A stretch of DNA of 64,000 bases, from positions 658,867 to 722,866 of the forward strand of contig CBDATQ010000002.1 of the NCBI GenBank assembly GCA_965199955.1, read 5' to 3'. Made by a program: the position numbers and the translations under genes. This document shows, in pieces, positions 39,854-49,293 of this stretch (its first letter is position 1; each line of letters opens with the position of its first letter). The DNA comes from Spirochaetia bacterium (GTDB lineage Bacteria > Spirochaetota > Spirochaetia > SZUA-6 > Bin103). The notes below the pieces were generated by a model, which ran no database searches, had not been told where the DNA came from, and worked only from the letters and a program-made list of their open reading frames with translations.

Positions 39854-41318
39854 CCGCGGCATCTATGCCCGGCTCGGGGTTCGGACCTACATCGACCTGA
39901 CGGCCACCGAGTCCATCCACGGCGGCGCGCCCATGCTGCCGGAGGTGCGGCGGGCGATGGCAGAAGCGGCCGACGGCTCGGTGGTCATCGACGAGCTCAT
40001 GACGCGGGCCGGCGAGCGGATCGCCGGGTTGCTGGGCGTTCCCTCGGCGCTGGTCACCAGCGGCGCGGCGGGCGCGCTCACCGCGGCCACCTGCGCGTGC
40101 GTGGCCGGCGGCGACCCCGAGCGGGCCGTGCAGCTTCCCGATCTCGACGGTATGCGCGACGAGGTGGTCATGCCGGTGCAGTCACGCACCGTGTTCGACC
40201 AGACCATCCGCGCGGTCGGCGTGCGGCTGGTCCCGGTGGACTCCGCCGCCCAGTTGCGCGCGGCGGTCGGCCCGCGCACCGCGCTCGTGGCGATGTGGGC
40301 CGGAGCGGCTGCCGCCCAGTCCGTGACGGTGGAGGATCTGGCCGCTGCCGGGCGGCAGCATGGGGCGCCGGTGGTGATCGACGCGGCGGCCGAGCTGCCG
40401 GCGGTGCCGAACCGCTGGCTGGCCGCCGGCGCCGACCTGGTCTGCTACTCGGGCGGCAAGGTCCTGCAGGGACCGCAGGGCGCGGGACTCCTGCTGGGCC
40501 GCGAGGACCTCGTGCAGGCCGCGTGGATGCACTGCGCCCCGCACGGGACCTTCGGCCGCATGATGAAGGTCAGCAAGGAGGAGATCGCCGGCATGCTGGC
40601 GGCGGTCGAGCAACTGGTTGACGGCCGCGACCTGGACGCGGAATTCGGGCGCTGGCGCGGATGGTACCGGCGGATCGCGAACGCGCTCGACCCGGTCGGG
40701 GGCGTTCGCACGGAGGTGCGGCAGTCGGGAGGCCGCAGTCCGTATCCGATCCTGATAGTCTCCTGGGATCCCGAGCAGGTGCCGCTGGCCGCCGGACAGG
40801 TGGGAGCGGCCCTGCGCGCCGGCTCGCCGCCGATCCTGTCGCATGCCGAGGGTGACGGCTGCGAGTTCATGGTCCGGCCGGTGTCGATGGTCGAAGGGGA
40901 CGCGGAGGTGGCCGCCCGCCGGCTGGTGGAGATCCTCGGCGGCGCAACGGAGCCACGTCCGGTCGAGCCGCCGGCGGACGGCGTCGACGGCGAGTGGGAG
41001 GTGGACGTCCGCTTCATCTCGGGCTGCGCCCGGCACCGGTTCAGCCTGACGGGCGCGACCGGCGGGAACCGTATCCGCGGCCGGCACCGCGGGACGCGGG
41101 CGGTCGGCGAACTGTCCGGACGGGTCGACGGCTACGCGGTGATGCTCGACAGCGTGCTTGCCACCGAGGGCGCCCGGCTGACGTATCGCTTCGAGGGCAC
41201 CTTCGACGCCGTCGCAGGGACCATGGCCGGCACGCTCAGGCTGGGCGAGCAGCTGGTGGACGGCTTCGGCGCAGGCAGGGCGACCTGGACGGCGCGCCGT
41301 GTGGCTTCAGGCGCGTGA
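39843..41318 (+). CDS. SelA/DgaE-like PLP-dependent enzyme with C-terminal beta domain
   Basis: IYARLGVR, VTSGAAGAL, IDAAAE, GADLVCYSGGK (PLP Lys), GRMMKVSKEEIAG. Confidence 0.85.
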   Translation: MTDSRGIYARLGVRTYIDLTATESIHGGAPMLPEVRRAMAEAADGSVVIDELMTRAGERIAGLLGVPSALVTSGAAGALTAATCACVAGGDPERAVQLPDLDGMRDEVVMPVQSRTVFDQTIRAVGVRLVPVDSAAQLRAAVGPRTALVAMWAGAAAAQSVTVEDLAAAGRQHGAPVVIDAAAELPAVPNRWLAAGADLVCYSGGKVLQGPQGAGLLLGREDLVQAAWMHCAPHGTFGRMMKVSKEEIAGMLAAVEQLVDGRDLDAEFGRWRGWYRRIANALDPVGGVRTEVRQSGGRSPYPILIVSWDPEQVPLAAGQVGAALRAGSPPILSHAEGDGCEFMVRPVSMVEGDAEVAARRLVEILGGATEPRPVEPPADGVDGEWEVDVRFISGCARHRFSLTGATGGNRIRGRHRGTRAVGELSGRVDGYAVMLDSVLATEGARLTYRFEGTFDAVAGTMAGTLRLGEQLVDGFGAGRATWTARRVASGA

Positions 41319-42158
41319 CCAGCGGCTGGGGGCCATCCCCGGCGCGTCCGCGGCCATGCCCTCCGGCTTGTTGCCCACCGCGAAGTCGAACTCGCGGGCG
41401 TTCGAGTCGCTGAAGTAGGGCCGCACCGACGCGGGGAGCGTGGCCAGCTCCTCCTCCGTGGCCATGGGCACCTCTGCGATCGGCCCCGCCCAAGCCGGCC
41501 GGTAGGCGATCGCGACCATGCGCCGCGCACGCGTGCCGGTATTGGGCAGCGTGCCGTGGAACGTGCGGTGGTTGAGGAACAGCGCGGAGCCGGCGCGGCA
41601 CGGCACCACCACCTGCTCGGGATGAGTGGTGTAGCGCTTGTACGGGTGGGCATCGGCGTGCATGCACATGTGCGAACGCGGGATCACCCGGAACGGCGAC
41701 ACGTCCATGGTCAGGTCGTCCAGGTAGTAGAGGACGCGCACCGTGATCGGGCAGCTCCCCTCGTAGCCGAAAATCGTGGAGCCGTACGGCTGGCCGTCGG
41801 TGTGCAGGCTGATCCCCGGAGTGCCGGGCTCGGAACAGTCGTAGGTGACGTTGTGCAGGCACAGGATTCGGTCGCCGAACAGACGCTCCAGCAGGCCCAG
41901 CGTCGGCCGATGGGTCACCAGCTCGGCCAGGACGGGGCTGCGCAGGTGTACCCGGCTGCAGCCGCGCTGCCGTTCGCTGTAGTCCCGGCCTTCCGTGGGC
42001 AGCTTGTCGGTCTCGGCGCGCAGCGTCTCCAGGTGCTCCGGGGAGAGGATGTCGGGGACGATCAGGTAGCCCTCCAGCTCGATCTGCCGGATGCGCTCCC
42101 CCTCGCTCAAGGCGGACCAGTCGCGGTCGTCGACGTTCAGGCCGTTCCACGTGCGCAT
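41307..42158 (-). CDS. PhyH-family dioxygenase
   Basis: LEGYLI, LHTDG, YYLDDL, VIPRSH, AGSA..TFHG, AYRPAWA. Confidence 0.88.
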   Translation of the reverse strand: MRTWNGLNVDDRDWSALSEGERIRQIELEGYLIVPDILSPEHLETLRAETDKLPTEGRDYSERQRGCSRVHLRSPVLAELVTHRPTLGLLERLFGDRILCLHNVTYDCSEPGTPGISLHTDGQPYGSTIFGYEGSCPITVRVLYYLDDLTMDVSPFRVIPRSHMCMHADAHPYKRYTTHPEQVVVPCRAGSALFLNHRTFHGTLPNTGTRARRMVAIAYRPAWAGPIAEVPMATEEELATLPASVRPYFSDSNAREFDFAVGNKPEGMAADAPGMAPSRWSRA

Positions 42159-42263
42159 GACGCCTCAACGTAGATCGTCGGACCCTGCCCCGGCAAGGCG
42201 GCCGCTGCCGGTACGGTCCGGCGGGATGGTGGAATCGGGCGGCCGTTTGGGCTATCTTTCCGC

Positions 42264-45074
42264 GTGGTGGCAGAGAACCCGACCCGGAGGGTCGATCTCC
42301 CGCAACACGGTTCGGCCGCTTCCGCCGCAACCGCATCCCGAGGGATCGGCAATGGAACGGAGCCGCCGGCTGCGTCGCGCCCCGTCGATCCCGGGGTCGC
42401 GCACGGCCGCAATGGCGGGGAGGCCTCCGATGTCGAGCTCCGCGAATGGGTGGAGTCGCTCGACTACGTCTACCGGACCGGCGGCGCCGAGCGGCTGCAC
42501 GAGGTGCTGCGCACCCTGCACCGCTACGCGAAGGCGGTCGACGCGGATCTGCCTTTCACGGCCAACACCCCTTACGTCAACACCATCCCGCCGGACCGGG
42601 AGCCGCCGTATCCCGGCGACCGCGCCGTCGAGCGGCGCAACAAGAGCATCATCCGCTGGAATGCCATGGCGATGGTGGTCCGCGCCAACAAGAGCGACGA
42701 CGGCATCGGCGGCCACATCAGCACCTTCGCGTCGGCTGCCACGCTGATCGAGGTGGCGCAGAACCACTTCCTGCGCGGGCCGGACAGCCCGCAAGGCGGC
42801 GACCAGGTCTACTTCCAGGGCCATGCCGCGCCCGGCATGTACGCGCGGGCGTTTCTGGAGGGCCGCCTGAGTGAGGAGCATCTCACCAACTTCCGGCGCG
42901 AGCTGGCTCCGGGCGGCGGCCTGTCGTCCTACCCGCACCCGTGGCTGATGCCGGACTTCTGGTCGTTTCCGACCGTCTCCATGGGGCTGAGCCCGATCCA
43001 GGCGATCTACCAGGCGCGCTTCAACCGCTACCTGCAGGACCGTGGCATCAAGCAGACCGACCGGCAGAAGGTGTGGGCCTTCCTGGGCGACGGCGAGATG
43101 GACGAACCGGAGTCCATGGGCTCGATCACGCTGGCGGCGCGCGAGCGGCTGGACAACCTGATCTTCGTGGTCAACTGCAACCTGCAGCGGCTCGATGGGC
43201 CGGTGCGCGGCAACGGCAAGATCATCCAGGAGCTGGAGGCCGCCTTCCGCGGCGCCGGCTGGAACGTGATCAAGGTGATCTGGGGCTCCGACTGGGACCC
43301 GCTGCTGGCCGCCGACCCCCACGAGCTGCTGCGCCGGCGCATGGAGGAGACCGTCGACGGCCAGTACCAGAAGTACACCGTCGAGCCGGGCTCCTACATC
43401 CGCGAGAACTTCTTCGGGACCGACCCGCGCCTGCTGGAGCTGGTGAAGGGCTACTCGGACGACGAGCTGCGCAAGCTGTACCGGGGCGGCCACGATCCGG
43501 CCAAGGTGCATGCGGCGTTCAGGGCGGCCGTCGAACACACCGGTACGCCGACCGTGATCCTGGCCAAGACGATCAAGGGCTACGGCCTGGGAGAGGCGGG
43601 CGAAGGCAAGAACATCACCCACCAGCAGAAGAAACTGAACCAGGACGAGCTGGTCGCCTTCCGCTCGCGCTTCGACATCCCGATCTCCGACGAGGAGGCG
43701 GCCGCGGCCACGTTCTATCTGCCCGACGAGCACGGCGGCCAGCGCACCTATCTGCGCGCCCGGCGTCAGGAGCTGGGCGGCTACCTGCCCGCGCGCGCCG
43801 CGCGGGCGGCACCGCTCACGGCGCCGCCCGTGGAGCTGTTCGCCGAGTTCCTGCACGGCACCGACGGCCGCGAGGCGTCGAGCACCATGGCATTCGTGCG
43901 CATCCTCACCAAGCTGCTTCGCGACAAGGAGATCGGGCCGCTGGTCGTTCCCATCGTCCCGGACGAGGCGCGCACCTTCGGCATGGAGCCGCTGTTCCGG
44001 CAGGTGGGCATCTACTCGAGCGTCGGGCAGCTCTACGAGCCGGTGGACCGGGAGAACCTGCTCTACTACAAGGAGGCCAAGGACGGCCAGGTGCTGGAGG
44101 AAGGCATCACCGAGGCGGGATCGTTCTCGTCCTTCATCGCCGCCGGCAACGCCTACGCCACGCACGGGGTGAATACCATCCCATTCTTCATCTACTACTC
44201 GATGTTCGGCTTCCAGCGGATCGGCGACCTGATCTGGGCGGCTGCCGACATGCGCTGCAAGGGCTTCTTCCTGGGCGGCACCTCCGGCCGCACCACCCTC
44301 AACGGCGAGGGCCTGCAGCACCAGGACGGCCACAGCCACGTCGCCGCGCTGGCGGTGCCGACGCTGCGTTCCTACGACCCCACCTACGCGTACGAGCTGG
44401 CGGTGATCATCGAGGACGGCATCCGGCGCATGTACGTAGACCAGGAGGAGGGCTTCTACTACCTCACGGTCATGAACGAGAACTACCCGATGCCGCCGAT
44501 CCCGGAACCCGTGGAGGACACGCGCGAGGGTATCCTGCGCGGCCTGTACCGGTTCAGCGCCGGCGACTCGGACGCGAAGCTGCCCAAGGCGCACCTGCTC
44601 GGCTCGGGCGCCATCCTCAACGAGGCGGTGCAGGCGGCGGCGCTCCTCGCGGACTTGGGCGTCTCCACCGACGTGTGGAGCGTCACCAGCTACCAGCAGC
44701 TCTACCGGGACATCGCCGAGACTGAGCGGCACAACGTGCTGCATCCGGGACGGAAGCCGCGGCAGTCGTACGTGGCGCGCGCCTTCGCCGGCGAGCGCGG
44801 CGTGTTCGTCGCCGCCACCGATTACCTGCGCGTGCTGCCGGCGCTCATCGCCGACCATCTGCCGGGGCCGGTGGCCCGGCTCGGAACCGACGGCTTCGGG
44901 CGCAGCGACACCCGCGCCGGCCTGCGCGACCACTTCGAGGTGAGTGCCCGCTACATCGCGCTGGCGGCGCTGCAGCGGCTGTCTGTCGAAGGGGCGATCG
45001 ACGAGCGCGCGCTGAAGCGCGGCATCCGGCGGCTCGACGTGGATCCCGACAAGCACAACCCGTTGTCCGCCTGA
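42264..45074 (+). CDS. aceE: Pyruvate dehydrogenase E1, homodimeric type; start uncertain
   Basis: RWNAMAMV, GGHISTF, SSYPHPWLMP, FPTVSMGL, GDGEMDEPES, NCNLQRLDGP, EGITEAG, GEGLQHQDG. Confidence 0.96.
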   Translation: MVAENPTRRVDLPQHGSAASAATASRGIGNGTEPPAASRPVDPGVAHGRNGGEASDVELREWVESLDYVYRTGGAERLHEVLRTLHRYAKAVDADLPFTANTPYVNTIPPDREPPYPGDRAVERRNKSIIRWNAMAMVVRANKSDDGIGGHISTFASAATLIEVAQNHFLRGPDSPQGGDQVYFQGHAAPGMYARAFLEGRLSEEHLTNFRRELAPGGGLSSYPHPWLMPDFWSFPTVSMGLSPIQAIYQARFNRYLQDRGIKQTDRQKVWAFLGDGEMDEPESMGSITLAARERLDNLIFVVNCNLQRLDGPVRGNGKIIQELEAAFRGAGWNVIKVIWGSDWDPLLAADPHELLRRRMEETVDGQYQKYTVEPGSYIRENFFGTDPRLLELVKGYSDDELRKLYRGGHDPAKVHAAFRAAVEHTGTPTVILAKTIKGYGLGEAGEGKNITHQQKKLNQDELVAFRSRFDIPISDEEAAAATFYLPDEHGGQRTYLRARRQELGGYLPARAARAAPLTAPPVELFAEFLHGTDGREASSTMAFVRILTKLLRDKEIGPLVVPIVPDEARTFGMEPLFRQVGIYSSVGQLYEPVDRENLLYYKEAKDGQVLEEGITEAGSFSSFIAAGNAYATHGVNTIPFFIYYSMFGFQRIGDLIWAAADMRCKGFFLGGTSGRTTLNGEGLQHQDGHSHVAALAVPTLRSYDPTYAYELAVIIEDGIRRMYVDQEEGFYYLTVMNENYPMPPIPEPVEDTREGILRGLYRFSAGDSDAKLPKAHLLGSGAILNEAVQAAALLADLGVSTDVWSVTSYQQLYRDIAETERHNVLHPGRKPRQSYVARAFAGERGVFVAATDYLRVLPALIADHLPGPVARLGTDGFGRSDTRAGLRDHFEVSARYIALAALQRLSVEGAIDERALKRGIRRLDVDPDKHNPLSA

Positions 45075-45088
45075 GATGGATCGGTGAG

Positions 45089-46423
45089 ATGGCGATAGAG
45101 ATCAAGTTGCCCGTGCTGGGCGAGGGGGTCGACTCCGGCACGGTAGCCGGCGTCCTGGCCGCCACGGGAGACACGGTGGCGGCGGATGCGCCGCTGATCG
45201 AGCTGGAGACCGACAAGGCCGTGATCGAGGTGCCGGCCACCGAGTCCGGTGTCGTCGCCTCGCTGCCGGTCAAGGCAGGCGACACCGTCGCCGTCGGGCA
45301 GGTGATCGCCACCATCGAGCCGGGTGGCGAACCGGATGGCGAACCGGCCGCTGCTCCTGCCGAGGAACCCGCTGCCGCGCCGCCAGCCGCGGCTGCATCG
45401 GCACCCGCCGCGGAGCCTGCGGCCGTCGCCGCACCGACGCCGGCTCCACCCGTGACGCCGCCGGCCCCGGCTGTTCGAGCGCCCTCCGCGTCGGAGCCGG
45501 CCGACGAGTTCAACCTGCCGGAGTGGCCGATCCCGGCCACTCCGAACACCCGCCGTTTCGCGCGCGAACTGGGCGTCGACATCACCTCGGTGCAGGCCAC
45601 CGGCAACGGCGGCCGCATCCTGTCCGGCGACGTGGTGCGCACCGCGCGTTCGTTGCTGGAGTCGGCAGCCTCGGGCGGAGGCCCGGAGGCCCCGCCGCCG
45701 CTGCCCGACTTCAGCCGCTGGGGAGCGGTGGAGCGCGAGCCGATGAGCGGCATCCGCCGTACCACGGCCGTGCACCTGTCCACCTCGTGGACGACCATCC
45801 CGCACGTCACCCAGCACGACGATGCCGACGTGACCGACCTGGAGCAGCTCCGCAAGCGCTTCGGCCCGCGCGTGCAGGAGGCGGGCGGCAAGCTCACCAT
45901 GACCGCGATCGCGGTGCGGGTGGTGGCCGGCGCCCTGCGGGTCTTTCCCCGCTTCGCGTCCAGCGTCGACATGGCCAGCCGCGAGGTGATCCTCAAGCGC
46001 TACACCCACGTGGGCGTGGCGGTCGACACCGACCGGGGTCTGCTGGTACCGGTGATCCGCGACGCCGACCGCAAGAACGTGACCGAGCTTTCGGTCGAGA
46101 TCGGCGAGGTGGCCGCGCGCGCGCGCGCCGGAAAGCTCACCCTGGAGGAGATGCAGGGCGGCTGCTTCACCATCACCAACCTGGGCGGCCTGGGCGGCAC
46201 GTCGTTCACCCCGATCGTCAACCATCCGGAGGTGGCCATCCTGGGCATGTCACGCTCCCGCGTCACGCCGGTGCATCGCGCCGGAGGCTTCGAGCCACGG
46301 CTGTTGCTGCCGCTGTCGCTTTCCTACGACCACCGCGCTATCGACGGCGCCGACGCCGTGCGCTTCCTGCGCTGGATCGTCGAGGCGCTGGAGAACCCCT
46401 TCCTGCTGTCTCTGGAGGGATAG
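45089..46423 (+). CDS. aceF: Dihydrolipoamide acetyltransferase E2 (single lipoyl domain)
   Basis: LETDKA lipoyl site, Ala/Pro linker, ARELGVD, SYDHRAIDGA. Confidence 0.95.
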   Translation: MAIEIKLPVLGEGVDSGTVAGVLAATGDTVAADAPLIELETDKAVIEVPATESGVVASLPVKAGDTVAVGQVIATIEPGGEPDGEPAAAPAEEPAAAPPAAAASAPAAEPAAVAAPTPAPPVTPPAPAVRAPSASEPADEFNLPEWPIPATPNTRRFARELGVDITSVQATGNGGRILSGDVVRTARSLLESAASGGGPEAPPPLPDFSRWGAVEREPMSGIRRTTAVHLSTSWTTIPHVTQHDDADVTDLEQLRKRFGPRVQEAGGKLTMTAIAVRVVAGALRVFPRFASSVDMASREVILKRYTHVGVAVDTDRGLLVPVIRDADRKNVTELSVEIGEVAARARAGKLTLEEMQGGCFTITNLGGLGGTSFTPIVNHPEVAILGMSRSRVTPVHRAGGFEPRLLLPLSLSYDHRAIDGADAVRFLRWIVEALENPFLLSLEG

Positions 46424-46438
46424 CAGGCCGGACCGCCG

Positions 46439-47250
46439 TTACCAGTTGGCGGTGCGCGCGACGCCGAGTTGCTCGAACAGCGGAGCCTGCCCGGCGAGGC
46501 GGGCCCGAAAGTCGGACCAGTCGCGCGCTTCGGGTGGGCTCCACGTACTCGGTCCAGAGGCACGCCTGTGAGCCGATGATCCTGCCTGCCTCCTGCTCGT
46601 CGAGCTCGGCCGGCACCGGATCGAGGGCGTAGGCGGTCTCCAGGGAGAGCCGCCGCGTCTGATGCCCGGGCGGCCGCGGCGGGTCGTACGGGGTGTAGTT
46701 GAGGTAGGTCGAGGGGTTGGGCGTCATGATCACCCGGTGGCCACGCCGCGCCGCCTCGATGCCGCGGTCGGCTCCGCGCCACGCCATGATCACCGTGTCG
46801 CCGCCCGGACCGTTCCCTTCCAGTACCTCGTCCCAGCCGATCACCGTGCGGCCGCGCTCGCGGAGGTAGTGGCAGGCGCGGCGTACGAACCAGGCCTGCA
46901 ACTCCTCCGGAGAGGAGAAGCCCTCGTCCTGCATGCGCCGCTGGCACCTGGAGCACGCCGTCCAGCGATCCTTTGGGACCTCGTCCCCGCCGATGTGCAC
47001 GTACGGGCTCGGAAACAGATCCAGAACCTCGTCCCACACCCGTTCCAGGAACTCGAACACGTCGTCGTTGCCGGCGCAGCAGACGTCCTTGTAGATCCCC
47101 CAGGTCGTGCCCACATCGAACGGGCCGCCGGTACAGGACAGGTTCGGATAGGCGGCCAGGGCCGCTGCGCAGTGGCCGGGCAGCTCGACCTCCGGGACGA
47201 CGGTGACGTGCCGGGCCTGCGCGTAGCGGATCACGTCCCGGACATCATGA
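46439..47250 (-). pseudogene. GH20 beta-N-acetylhexosaminidase remnant (5' part missing, internal deletion near the 3' end)
   Basis: VVPEVELPGH, HIGGDE, IGWDE, CLWTEY, then ARDWSDFRARL..LGV in another frame to TAA at 46439. Confidence 0.85.
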
Positions 47251-47355
47251 TAGTGCGCCGAACCGGAGATGGGGTCACGCGGCTGACGCTGTCGACCGAG
47301 CACCGGCTGATCCCGGCCGTTGCCACGCGCCAGTCCCGGATGACACGATCGGCGC

Positions 47356-48375
47356 ATGGCTGACAGCGTGCGGCTGGCCTTGGTCGGCTGCGGCGCGATC
47401 GCCGGCTACCACGCCAAGGCGATACGCTCCATCGACCGCATCGAGATCGCGGCGGCGATCGATCCCAAGCGAGAAGCCGCCGAGTCCCTGGCCGAGGAGT
47501 ACGGCGTCGGCGCGTTCGCGACCATCGAGGAGGCGGCAGCGACGGTCGATTTCGACGCCGTGGACATCATGACGCCCCACGACCTGCACGAGGCGCTGAC
47601 CGAGCAGGCCCTCGCGTTGGGCAAGCACGTGCTCCTGGAGAAGCCGATCGCGCAGGACCTGACCACGGCCGAGCGCGTGCTTGCCACCGGCACCGCGGCC
47701 GATCAGGCGTTCATGGTCGGCGAAAACTCCCAGTACTGGCCGGACGTGGTGGCGGTCGAACGCCTGCTCCGGGACGGCGCCGTGGGAGAAGTGATCGCCG
47801 CGCAGGCCGCGTTCGAATGCCGGTTCGATCCGTTCTGGTATCCAGGGAACCGTCCCTGGCGCTTCGACCTGCAGCGCACCGGCGGCGGTGTGGTCATCGA
47901 CGGCGGCGCACACTGGATCAGGCCGCTGCGCGTCTGGCTGGGAGAGATCGACGCAGTCGTCGGCACCACCGGCAGGCCGATCGGGGGGATGGACGGCGAG
48001 TCGCTCGCGCAGGCGTTGCTGCGCTTCGAGTCGGGCGTGATCGCATCGTTCCTGGCGCTGACGTCGCCGGCGAACCTGTCGGACATGCCGTGGTTTCGCG
48101 TGATGGGCACGAAGGGCGAGGTGCTGATCCGCGGCGGTTTCGAGGGCGGCGGCGTCGAGCTGTACGACGAAGATCATCCGCAGGGACAGGCACTGCCGGG
48201 CGATCACGGCTACTTCCACTCGTTCCAGCCGGAGTTGGAGGACTTTGCGGCGCTGGTCCTGGACGGCAAGCCGCCGGTGGCGCCTCCGAAGAAGGCGCTG
48301 GGAGAGATGCGGACCGCCATCGCGCTCTACCGCTCGGCACGGAGCGGGGCGTGGGAGTCGGTCTGGAACGCCTGA
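47356..48375 (+). CDS. Gfo/Idh/MocA oxidoreductase
   Basis: LVGCGAIA, TPHDLH, GKHVLLEKP, GGGVVIDGGAHWI. Confidence 0.93.
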   Translation: MADSVRLALVGCGAIAGYHAKAIRSIDRIEIAAAIDPKREAAESLAEEYGVGAFATIEEAAATVDFDAVDIMTPHDLHEALTEQALALGKHVLLEKPIAQDLTTAERVLATGTAADQAFMVGENSQYWPDVVAVERLLRDGAVGEVIAAQAAFECRFDPFWYPGNRPWRFDLQRTGGGVVIDGGAHWIRPLRVWLGEIDAVVGTTGRPIGGMDGESLAQALLRFESGVIASFLALTSPANLSDMPWFRVMGTKGEVLIRGGFEGGGVELYDEDHPQGQALPGDHGYFHSFQPELEDFAALVLDGKPPVAPPKKALGEMRTAIALYRSARSGAWESVWNA

Positions 48376-48391
48376 GCGGAGGGAGCACGGT

Positions 48392-49270
48392 ATGAGCATG
48401 GCGGCGATGACGGCCGTGACGCCGTTTCGCACCGTGGCCGAAGACGGTTGGGCGGACGCGGCGCGGGAGGACGGCTACCTGTACCTTCCGGGGTTGCTCC
48501 CCGCGGACGCGGTGCTGGCCGTGCGGAAGGAGGTCACGGCCGTCGCCGCGCGCCACGGCCTGCTCCAGTCCGGGACGGCGACCGGTGACGCCGTCGCCGA
48601 GCAGAATGCCTTCGTGCACGAGAGCAACCCAACGCCAGAGTACAGAGCCTACTACAACGACCTGATGCGCCTGCGCGCCGTGCACGCGCTCGCGGTTCGC
48701 CCGGAGTTGATCGGCGTGCTGGAGACGGTGCTGGGCGAGTCCGTTCTGGCTCATCCGCGCAACATCGTGAGGACTGTGTTCCCGAGCCGACCGTCCATCA
48801 CCACCGCACCCCACCAGGACCACCGGCCGATCAAGGCGTCGCCGGAGGTGTGGACCGCCTGGATCCCGCTCGGCGACTGCCCGGAACAGCTCGGCGGCCT
48901 GGCGGTCGTCCCAGGGTCCCATCGGGCCGGCCTGCACCCGGTGGAGGCAGGCACGATCTACTTCGAGACGGCCGGCGATGTGGCGTGGCGCTGGAGCCCC
49001 ATGCGGTGCGGCGACATGCTGCTGTTCCACAGCCTGACCGTCCACCAGGCGCGCGACAACCGGTCGCCCGACCGGATCAGGTTCTCCTGCGACTTTCGCT
49101 ATCAGGGCCGCAGCACGCCCGTGCACCACTACTCGCTGATGCCGCACATGGGGTGGAAGGGCTGGGAGGAGATCTACGCCGGCTGGGCGGCCGACGATCC
49201 CCTGCGCTACTACTGGCGGGACTGGCCGCTCGACATCCGCAGCGACGACCGGCTGCTTGCGTCATCGTAG
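48392..49270 (+). CDS. PhyH-family dioxygenase
   Basis: EDGYL, PHQD, WTAWIPLGD, VVPGSH, GDMLLFHSLTVH, RFSCDFRYQ. Confidence 0.92.
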   Translation: MSMAAMTAVTPFRTVAEDGWADAAREDGYLYLPGLLPADAVLAVRKEVTAVAARHGLLQSGTATGDAVAEQNAFVHESNPTPEYRAYYNDLMRLRAVHALAVRPELIGVLETVLGESVLAHPRNIVRTVFPSRPSITTAPHQDHRPIKASPEVWTAWIPLGDCPEQLGGLAVVPGSHRAGLHPVEAGTIYFETAGDVAWRWSPMRCGDMLLFHSLTVHQARDNRSPDRIRFSCDFRYQGRSTPVHHYSLMPHMGWKGWEEIYAGWAADDPLRYYWRDWPLDIRSDDRLLASS

Positions 49271-49293
49271 CGCGCACGAGGTAGGGCTCGGCG

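Noticed and set aside
39843-41318. True selenocysteine synthase selA
   Set aside because: The motifs (SGGK, MKVSKEEI) fit the SelA-like/DgaE group, and no selB, selC or selD is nearby.
42252-45056. 934-aa antisense ORF (likewise 5329-7740, 18376-20889, 37516-39564 and similar)
   Set aside because: These are stop-poor shadow frames of well-supported genes with no recognisable motifs.
45320-45500. Low-complexity GC repeat
   Set aside because: It is the ordinary Ala/Pro/Glu linker of the E2 subunit.
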